The notes under the pieces were generated by a model. It saw only the letters and a program-made list of their open reading frames with translations, was not told where the DNA came from and did no database searches. From assembly GCA_001642005.1 (NCBI GenBank), contig LWCA01000232.1, positions 1-38,096 of the forward strand: 38,096 nucleotides of DNA, in the 5' to 3' direction. This stretch comes from Intoshia linei (Eukaryota; Animalia; Orthonectida). This document shows positions 22,301 to 32,352 of the stretch, in pieces. The stretch's first letter is position 1. Each line of letters begins with the position of its first letter. The translations under genes were made by a program, and so were the position numbers.

Positions 22301-25300
22301 ATTGTCTAAATACAAATATGAAACCTTCAGACTGTGTGTCTGTTTTCATAAGTTCATTCACAATATGCTCTGCAGCCGACACTCCAGACTTTACAGCATT
22401 ATGAGTTCCTTTTATTTTTACAACATTCATTAAACCGGCAGAACAACCGACTATACAACCACCCTTAAATCCAACTTGTGGTATTGTCTACATTATAAAT
22501 TATCAAAAATAGTTTTACTTGATAGCCTCCACTATTGACTACTCTAGCACCATACGATATACGTTTTCCTCCTTGCAATACTTTGGAAATATAGGGGTGG
22601 TGTTTAAATTGTTGAAATTCTTTATATAAATTGATGAATGGATTTTTATACTCCAATGATATCTATACATTGGATAAAATTGTTAAAAACTAAATAATAT
22701 CGTTTTTACTCTAAAGTACTCAAAACAATTTAATTTAACTGTTGACAACTCGGTTGTATTCACTTATTTTTATTAGTACTGTTTACAAATTAAATTTATT
22801 GTGATTACTCAATAGTTGACAGTTAAACTATTATAAAACTACTATGCAAATCATTATTTGTGAGATTATCCACCTAATAAATATAATCGTCAGTATTTTT
22901 ATTATCAATTCATTAGAACCATCGAATTGATTTCTACGAATTAGATCAATATAATTAATATTTTATGAAATTATTTAATGTTTTGAACTTATTTGGTCAT
23001 TGTTTAGATTTGGAAAGGTTGGAAATTTTTCAACATTTAAATTGGGGCGAAGAAAATCTTAATTAGTTACCGTGAAAAAGTCCTAATTTAATTTATTTAA
23101 AAAACCCTACATAAAAAGTACACAATACGATGATACTGTGATAAAAAGAATATTGTAATTTGAAAAAAAGAGATGACATCTGACTAAATATATCGAGTTT
23201 CTCTAAACCTTTGAAATTAACTATTTTATCTATTTTTTTTCTATATTTTAAAATCGAAAGTAAATTTACAGAATTGTATGCCAATATATCGTAATTGAAA
23301 AACGGCTAAACTAATCAAATCAGGTTAAAGGTACAGCGAAATCTTAAGGATGTAGCAATTGTTATAAAAAATTCATCATAAAATAAAAATTTATAATTAT
23401 ATTAAATTACATCACTATATTGACTTGATAGTGTATTATCTAAGTCCGTTCTCAATGAAGACTTTTCTTGGTAACGATCATATGATTGCTTTCGCTTTAA
23501 CGCTTTTTCTGTTTCACGTTCCTTGCGAATAGACATCAGTCTAATTTGATAGGTTTAATCTACTTCATTTAGATTATTTTTGGAGATGAATTCATTCGTC
23601 AATAAAACGCAAATGTCAAAATCTACGTCGAAATATATTGTGTCGTATGAATACACTCCAGACAATATCTTTTTGACTGATTGAATGATTTAGACTTTTT
23701 GAGTCTGCCAAAAAACTGTTCAACGTGTACCCACTTAAGTGCCATTTTCCTAAGATTAGCCTTTTCTGTTATTGTAACACACTGAGAAGGTCGAGGCATT
23801 GTAATTTTAAATATATCAGGAGTATTAGAGATAGGTCCCAAGTATCCCGAATCTAAAAATATACTCCAATTTGTTTCTTCATCTATCAGCTCACCACCAA
23901 TACTCTTTAAGTAGGGAATGTAAGATTTGTAGGATTTTTTAAATAATTTATAATCATGTTCACTACCCAGTCCTTTAGGCTGCGAAAATATAGCATAATA
24001 AGAAGAATGGGCCATTATAGCTACTTCTTTCTTTACACCATATGTTCCATTTTTTCCATCCCAATATAATTTATGGTTGACTACGCGATTGCGTGGTTTT
24101 TGGATTCGTACTGTTGTATAGTCCCCAAAAAAGCAACGTTGGGAAAATCATCAATACCAACATAGATCGGTCATTTTCTATTTTCCCACCATTTTTTCTT
24201 TAGGGAATCGTAGAGCGGAGCCCTCATTCTATCAATTGCCTTCTGAACTGTTTGTACGCTACTTAAATTCAAATATCTTAATGATGACTCGCATAGTTGT
24301 AGCAGTTTTTAGCCAGAACAATGTCAAAATTAATGGATCTATCCCTTTAATTTTAGGCGAAGGACCTCGTCTTCTATGGTTACTAAGAATCCAATTAAAC
24401 TGTGATACAGTAGTTCCAGTTCCATTTTATAAAATCCGGTAATATCCAAAAAGGCATCATTCTCTGAAACAAATTTATAAATATTATATTGTCAACAGTT
24501 TATTTAAGTTGTTCCGAGTACATTCGAGTAAAAACGATATTATTTAGTTTTCAACAATTTTATCCATTAGATAAAATTTAAATGTTGAAAATGATAATTT
24601 TTTTCAATGTGACATTAAATATTACTATAAATCCTATTGAAACCAATGGCATATCATTGCTTTTTAGATGGTACATAAACGAACCACCGTATGTATTTTT
24701 ATCCTACAATAATTTAATAAAATCCAAAATTTAATTCTATATAAAATAATACCAGCGGCCAACCAACAGTATGTTCAACTAGTCCTACAAATAAATATAA
24801 TTCATCCAATGAAATAAAAATAATTATAAATTTTTACGTGATAACATTAACAATGGACAAATCAGCATTTATTGATAACGATGCGAAAAAATAAGTGAAT
24901 TTTTACACAGCTAGAAATCATTAAATACATTTGCATCGATCGATTGTTATCTGTATTACAGACACTGTATGCTGATATTTCAAATTTAAAATCAATAAAA
25001 CTACTGCCGTATCGTAAAACTACAAAAATTTTCAAAATTTACAAGAAAAAATTATTACTCCACCGAGTACAACAATGTAAAAACTTTTATTTTTACTTAT
25101 TCTTTTGCTACCATTTAAATCAATGTATTAATACACTATTGGAATAAGCGCCAATTTTACCATCATGATGAAGATTTTCATCAATTTGCCATAATTCTTT
25201 AAAACCAATTCCGTATACCATGGATTGAGATTTTTTTGTAAGTGCAAAATTTTCGTTAGAAAACAATTCTTTAGATAAACTTCCTCTAGAACCCTCAGAA

Positions 25301-28300
25301 AAAATTGTCACACGTGAATGCAACTCCATCCCTCTTTGAAATGATTCCTAAAAGTTTAATATAGAATTAGCACTACAGCAGAATCAATTTTAATTTAAAA
25401 AAATAAATAGGTCAGCAATATCAAAGTAAGCGCTTCTCGGTGCAGATATTAAGATACAAAAGGTACATTTGAATCTTAGAAATTATTATCTTCACAGTTT
25501 TAACCAAAAACGACATATACGACAAAAACGAATAAGGAGACATACATTTTTAACTAAATAATTGTAAGTGAAGAGATAATTTCATTATAATCAAACCAAA
25601 AAATTATCAGTATGTCTAATCACTGAATGAAATAATAGTTTTAAGATTAACCTTGGGAGATCCAGATTTGTTGATGCCATTATCGCTGGTAGCCACACCA
25701 ATAATTGATTTTTTATCTTGACTATACAGAATCTATTTTGGATAAAGTACACTGTATACAACAAACTATTACCGTATTTTTCGGAGTATAAGGTGCAACC
25801 TTTTACATAAAAAATTAGAAATGCGCCTTATACGCCAGTGCGACTTATATGAAGATTTTGCAAGGGAAAACTTTTTTCTAACTATATATTGTACCATTTG
25901 ATTCTTAATTTTTTAAAACTTTTCTTAATAAAATTTCTCGCACCTTATACGCTAATGCGCCTTATACTCCGGAAAATACGGTATATATTTATAGGAAGTG
26001 CATGTAAAAAATATAGATTTTACTTTGTCTGCATCAGATCAGATTAGAAATATACATCATTAATTTACCAAAAATACCTCTAATTATTAATAGTGATTAA
26101 TAAATTTAACTGATAAAAATTCCCTTCAAATATGAGACTTTTGAAATTAATGAAAAATATTTTTGTAAAATAGAGGACTCATTTCATATCGATGATACAT
26201 ACAAAATATGAATTTGTCTGTTACAAACATTACCATATCGATAGAGAACATTTATATTAATATTATTAATTATTATCCAAAAAAACTCCCGCGTCTTAAT
26301 GTTCAACGTTTTCACTTTATTATTTTTCAATTAGTTTATTAAAAATTTTTCCACATTAAATTTGTTATATGAATTTAAATATTTTCTACATCAAAGGATT
26401 AATTCGATATCGTGAAACACCTATACAGACAAACACGATTAGAAGATAAAAAATAATTACATTAATGAAAATAAAAAACAAATAAACAGTACTACTGTAC
26501 AAATAATGTACTACTAAAAAATTAAATACAAGAAGTCTTAAAATTGCATTATAATTTATTGGGGAAAGAAAACACTGATCACGTTACCCGGTTGAACGTG
26601 CCGATACAAAACAATTTATCAATATAATCATAAAATATTTACTTCACTTGCTGAAATTCCACTATAAATTTCAACGCCCAATTCTTCTGCCATTTTACCC
26701 ATCCATTCACAAACATGACCCAATCTGACAATTACATTTCCTTTATTACCAGTTCCTAAAAATATAATGGAATACCAACAATATAATAGATGTATATAAG
26801 TATATATAACAAAGGATTAATCATTTAATTATTGCGGAAATATATGCCCCTTTTAAGTAATATAAAAAATATACGTCAGATTACTGCAATTTTTAAAATT
26901 ACATGACTACAAAGCCAAAAAAAAAAGTTGAAAAACATTTTTCAGAGACTCTAATTATTATACACTAATTCCTTTTTTGAGCACTATGCTGAAGAATTTG
27001 AAAACATATTTTTAATTTTTTAAAGATGCAGCATACTTTCCGACAAAAAAAATTTTAAAAAATCAAACTATATCGCGCCCAACACTGCCTAAAGATTAAT
27101 TACTTAAAATAAATTTTTATAATATTTAATAGATTAATACAAACTATTAAAATTAACTATATCTTTTTAATTTCAAAATAATTATAATAAACTTCAAAGT
27201 GAGAATAACAAATTTCAAAATGAGAATAGTAAATAATAAATAAAATCACAAAGCGGTGAGCGTTGTACCTCAATTGCGGCTGGATCAAGGGGTGCCAATA
27301 TACATTGTATTGGTTCTATTGGCAATGTAGGACTTATCCACTACGAAAATAAAGGAGGAAGTTTCAGAAAAGGAAAATGCACAAGAATGGATGAAAAATT
27401 GCTTAAGAAAAACAAAGCAAAAATACAATAACCCTGTTGTCATCGTTATTGACAACGCTTCAGTGTACAGCGATATAGAGAGTATATTAGTAATACCAGA
27501 ATTTTCTGAACATTCATTTTTAAGGCTTGGACCATACAGCCCTACACTCAACCCAATTGAGACTGTGTGGTCAAGCGTTAAATCCAAGATTAAGCGATCA
27601 CTTGCCGTTTGCCTTGAGGAGGTATTACATAAACAAGAAAATGTATCTATGACTGAATCAAGAGCATGTGCCCTAGAACAGTTAATGAGAGAATCTATGA
27701 ATTCAATTAGTATATCTACGTGTGCTAATTGTATTGCTAGTATAAGCAGATACATTCCACCAGCATTACAATTGGAAGACATAACAACATTTTAATTAAT
27801 AATTGTTTAATTTTTTTTCATTTATAATTTTGAAATTTAATATTCTCGTTTTGAAACTTACTATTATCATTTTGAAATTTATTATTCTCATTTTGAAATT
27901 AAAAAGGTATAGTAAAATTAAAAAACCTGGTATATGCGGCAAATAAAACGATTTATTTTTAGTTAGAAAACGCATCTTATTCTCTGTCACGGGTGTGAAC
28001 AATTTATTCTATTTGATAAAAAATTTTAATTCGAATCAAATAATAATTGTCGTATACCAAATCGTCAATATCATTTTTGAACAATTTTTTCAATGGTTCA
28101 GGTTCGATACAAGCTCCAGATATGATGTGCTGACCTTTTTAAATATTAAATACAAATTTAGACATTAAAATAAGATTCAATAAAATTTTAAATTTTGATA
28201 TTTTTATAATAATACTCCAACAACAAAATTCCAAAATTTTCAGAATCTATCAATTAAAATAATGAATTTACCAATTTCAGCAGATTTTTCAAGTAAAATG

Positions 28301-30657
28301 ACCCTTATATCCTTATTAAACTCTTTTGATAACTGTTTGATGCGAATCGCTGCACTTAATCCAGAAGGTCCACCTCCAACAATCAAAACATCTGTTTTGT
28401 CTGTTTCTCGATCCATATTTATGCCTTAAATATTAATTAATAAAATTCTAAAACCTACATTTCTATTTCAAACCGATTAATCAAAAAGTCACAGAACCCA
28501 GAGTCTGTGCCCAGATTTTTTGTGAACTTTTATATTAACTCCAAAAAAATGTGTTCATATTTAATTAATTTTAAATTATTTTTAAAATCGCCTCTAACTG
28601 AATTAATCACCCTAGGGCGATATCTCCAACTTTGGGGAAACGCTGATCTAAACTTAAAAAATATACACATTAAAATCAGTGAAAACACTTTACATCAAAT
28701 TAGAAAACCTGTAATATCACATAATTTAACCATGAAAATACTAGACATTGATAAATTATCAGTTTTTAAAATTTTTTCAAAATAACCGTTATATCCTTTA
28801 CATGTATAATATTAAATGTTTGTGTGTGTTACCGTTTATTTAAAATATAGACAGTCGTAGAATTTAAAAAAACCCAATTTCTAATACAGTTCTTCCCACA
28901 GCGTGTTTATATCCATTTTTCATTTTCCGAATTTGAGTCCTTCAGAGTCAAAAATTCAGATTCAGTTATCAAAAATAAAATCCGCCGAAAAATTTAATAA
29001 AACATACGTTCTGGGACTCGTTTTAAAATACTTAACATTGTCGTAAATCTCAGCCTCAGAAACTTACACCTTTATGGTCAAACCACAGATTACCTTTTTA
29101 ATGGTTGTTATAGTTAAAAATCTTATTAATTGATTCCTTCGGGTTTTTTCCATTGCTACGCAATTTTTTATTTCTAAATACTCATTTTTACAAAGTTTAA
29201 CATCACTTGAAATACAACTTTGTTATTATAACTTTTATATTTGAGCAATTCCATGTGAAAACGACAAATTTTTATAAAATTAGTAACCTGCCCTTTTTGA
29301 TTTTTGACGATGTTTTTTATTAAAATAACCAGAAAATTGAATAGTTTAAGAATCACCCTAAAAACCTTAAACTGTATCGGTTTGGAAAGCATAACGACCA
29401 AATTTATCTATTGTATGAAAAAATGTATTTATATTTTACGCCCATATGCGAAATTAAAATATTCATATCATTACTGTCAAATATACATTGCCGCTGTCAG
29501 AACATATTAATTTTTAAAAAACAACAAATTTTTAATTATTCCATAAATTAATGGCATAAAAACGTTAATTCTAAATATATATTTAAAAATAGATTCAACA
29601 TTTATGAGAACGTTGATGATAACGTTATAACAATTATATTTAAAATTTGACAGGGTAATATTGTTATTTTGGAAATCAACGGCAAAAAACGTAAAATCCA
29701 TATTTTTTATATGTTTTTCTATGGTAATATCTATAGAATTGTAAATTTCGGTAATAAAAAATTCAATTGTTAACTTTATCGTAATTTCAATTTATTTTTA
29801 AATCAATAATTTCAAGTGTTACTATAATATATCATAAAATTATATACAATTTTGTATAATATTAATATTATAAAAGGTGTAGTATAAAAACTAAGTAAAT
29901 TACCCTTCTAATTTTTTGAATATACATTCGTGCCAATACTAGCTTTGCTGTAATATATAAAATTGTATTTGTCATAATTCAGATCGAAAGTTACAGATCA
30001 TTTAATTTTAATAGTGTTAATTAGATATTAATTACTAATATATTTTGAAAAAATCAATTTAATATAAAACTAGACATATTATTACATATTTCACCCATCC
30101 ATACTAGATTTTAAATTTAATTTTATCTAGTCAAATATAAACTTTAAAATATGCATTTTTATTTTTTTCCTGAAATTGTAGATATATATTCTTAAATAAC
30201 TTCACCATATCAACCTTTACACTAATAATATTTTCAAATATTGAATTAAGTGCCCTAATTATCGTTTTTGCAAATGCACATGAAATTTCCATTTATTACA
30301 ATGTTATTAAAATTCACCTGAAATGTTTTTTAAAGTGCTCAACCCGTTAATTATTAATACTTATAATAATTATATATATATATAAATATACTTATAATAA
30401 TATAAACTTTATATCAGAAAATAAAATAACTAAAAGGGAAAGGTTAAAGAAAATAATTATAAACTTATTTCCAAAGGTTTTCAATAGATTTAAAAAATAT
30501 TTTATCAATTCAAAAAACCTTTCCATCGTGGATCTTTTTTACGAGAAACTATAGAGTAGTGAGTCGTTTTGTGATGTTTAAATCTATGCAAAATTCACCA
30601 AAATTACATTAAAATTAACCTACGAATACATGAACCAAAATTACAAATTAATTTCAT
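19378..30657 (-). CDS. ETFDH: Electron transfer flavoprotein-ubiquinone oxidoreductase (~593 aa), 14 exons: 30657-30620, 30583-30519, 28424-28272, 28134-28058, 28008-27927, 26755-26643, 25732-25652, 25347-25161, 24784-24753, 24703-24626, 22662-22519, 22487-22325, 22277-22092, 19760-19378
   Basis: Colinear motifs: [18 protein letters not shown]-binding [68 protein letters not shown], and the 4Fe-4S ligands RFCPAGVYE and [10 protein letters not shown]. Exon lengths sum to 1782 nt in continuous frame. Confidence 0.95.
20187..20972 (+). mobile_element. Non-autonomous hAT element with perfect 8-bp TSD, in ETFDH intron 13
   Basis: TIRs CATGGGTGCACAAC / GTTATGCACCCTG; flanks GCCTAGAC at 20179-20186 and 20973-20980. 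Internal direct sub-repeats at ~20345-20640. Confidence 0.9.
21440..22035 (+). mobile_element. Helitron-like family A, 5'-truncated, intact 3' end
   Basis: Colinear with 16085-16520 and 17040-17165. Ends gagctaggtcctgtttgtacgtagtacataacagtcaacctag|t. Confidence 0.85.
22672..24565 (-). mobile_element. PIF/Harbinger-ISL2EU (PHIS)-type DNA transposon with ~75-bp TIRs and a decayed DDE_Tnp_4 transposase
   Basis: TIR ggataaaattgttaaaaactaaataatatcgtttttactc...ctgttgacaa at 22672 and its inverse ending at 24565, with ATT on both flanks. Minus-strand transposase motifs [26 protein letters not shown] and [10 protein letters not shown], with frameshifts and stops. Confidence 0.85.
25772..25981. mobile_element. 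Tc1/mariner-superfamily (Tc2/pogo-like) MITE, 210 bp
   Basis: TA|CCGTATTTTTCGGAGTATAAGGTGCA ... TGCGCCTTATACTCCGGAAAATACGG|TA, i.e. ~26-bp TIRs and a TA TSD, with internal repeats of gc.ccttatacgc. Confidence 0.9.
27157..27912 (+). mobile_element. Internally deleted IS630-Tc1-mariner element with transposase C-terminal ORF (27391-27795), antisense in ETFDH intron 5
   Basis: [14 protein letters not shown]...[26 protein letters not shown] (35 residues between D and E). TIRs ctata.ctttttaatttcaaaat contain tandem ~21-nt repeats (tttcaaaatgagaata..aa); TA follows the right end. Confidence 0.9.
28793..29175 (+). mobile_element. Helitron-like family B 5' portion in ETFDH intron 2
   Basis: a|tcctttacatgtataatattaaatgtttgtgtgtgttaccgtttatt...; colinear with the reverse complement of 13600-13910 and 13035-13075. 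Confidence 0.75.
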
Positions 30658-30945
30658 TGAAAGTCAATATATTTCTATAGTGAATATTCATAAATAAACA
30701 AAATACAAAAGTAATATCAAAAACTTATAACTTTTATATCAATCATTATAATTATTGTTCTTTCTTTTGTACAGTAGTTTGTAATGATCTACATGATATA
30801 AAGTACAATGAAAGGGGTAAATTAATATAAATATATTCTGAAACGAGAGCCGAACCTACAGTACCCGTAACCTCTTCTCGAGGGGCATCGCCATTATTCC
30901 ATTAACATTTATTTATGCTTCAATATACTTGTAAGGCCTCTTTCC

Positions 30946-31333
30946 CTAATTTTTTTCTTCAATATTGAGCCTTTTGGAGGATAATTGTTGAGTTAATTTT
31001 AAAGATATACCAGAATAATATTTACGCGTCAGCTTACCGCTTTTATCATATTTTTCCACCATTTTATTCACACCTCCAAAAAAATAATTCAGATTATTAT
31101 ATAACATTTGTGTCGTTCCTGCGACCCACATCCCAATGACTCTTTCTTGATTTATTTTAGAGTATTTTTTAGTCATGAAAAAAGTATTTTTAAATTATAA
31201 TATTCAAATTTTATGGTCAATCAATGAATTATCACTTTTTTTGACCAGGGTGATATGGTTTTGCTCGACTAAATAGAGTAGTATTGACTCTGACATATTT
31301 TACCAGGAATAGATATATTTGATCTGGACACCA
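30946..31333 (-). mobile_element. Tc1-like transposase N-terminal (HTH) remnant upstream of ETFDH
   Basis: ORF MTKKYSKINQERVIGMWVAGTTQ...VNKMVEKYDKSGKLTRKYYSGISLKLT resembles the Tc1 paired-like HTH with a degenerate GRPRK linker. The outer end near 31333 is tentative. Confidence 0.6.
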
Positions 31334-31633
31334 TAAAATGTTTTTTCATACAATTATGGTTGCTTTTAATTGTACTTTGTATTTATATTGTTATGTACTT
31401 TATAATGATAAAATTGCTCATACAAACCCAAGTTAAAACTTAAGGACAAGTAAAGATGGTCATTTTTAGTTTCTTTTGAAAAAATAAAACGTAACATAAT
31501 ATAAATGTATTTTCTGATAAAATCTCTGAATCATTCATTCATAATGAGATACACCTATCTTTGTTACGAAAATGTTTTAAATCTATCTGAATAGAATACA
31601 TTGTAGAAGCATTGTTAATATTACAAAATATTA

Positions 31634-32040
31634 TCTTTACTTGTATAATATGCTACGCAATATTTATTTGTGTGTGTATGTGTTCCACTTTATTTCAGTA
31701 ACTACCAGTCTTAGAAGTTTATAAAGTCTACATTGCAATTACAGTTTTTTCCGGGGTGATAATAAGATAAATTTCAACCTCCTAAACTCACATCTTACGG
31801 GTCAAAAACCCGAATTGTCCTTCTTTTTGAAAATCAAACGAGTTGGAGAATTTAAAAAAATTATATCTTCAGAGCCAAAACCCAAAATTACCCTTTTTTT
31901 ATTAAAACAGCCAAATTAAAATAAAAGATTCTGATAGAGCTTATTCCATTTGATATAAAGGATAAATTTTAACTTCAGAAATCTACGCATTTCCGGTGAA
32001 AAATAATTTTTAATATATTACCAACCAATATTTTTTAAAT
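31634..32040 (+). mobile_element. Helitron-like family A, 5' portion with internal deletions
   Basis: a|tctttacttgtataatatgctacgc...; colinear with 16020-16690. Confidence 0.8.
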
Positions 32041-32352
32041 TTGTTGAAATGACAGATATTTATGTAAATATTTAATGCAGGTAGTTTGTAAGGTCTGTAG
32101 TCTGTAGTACATAGAATTTAAAGTTTAAAAATAATTTTAAAATTTCCAAATTTATACTCTGAACGTATACACAACTATAATAATAAGGTTAAAATATTAA
32201 TTAATGTAAATTGAAACCATTAATATTTGATTTAAATATATTGTCACAATAAGAATTTCAGTTATCTGAATCACCTCATATTTATTTTAATTCACATATA
32301 TCTGTTTAAAACTAAAAAGTTTCAATGTAAAAAATAGCATTTGTCGAAAAAT

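Noticed and set aside
25431-25445. cgcttctcgg resembling the U2 snRNA 5' end
   Set aside because: Only ~10 nt match; no branch-point recognition sequence GTAGTA or Sm site follows.
27285-27782. 165-aa minus-strand ORF
   Set aside because: Antisense shadow of the ITm transposase ORF.
28507-29701. Several 64-92-aa ORFs in ETFDH intron 2
   Set aside because: Low-complexity I/K/N/F-rich frames overlapping repeat fragments, with no recognisable motifs or splice support.
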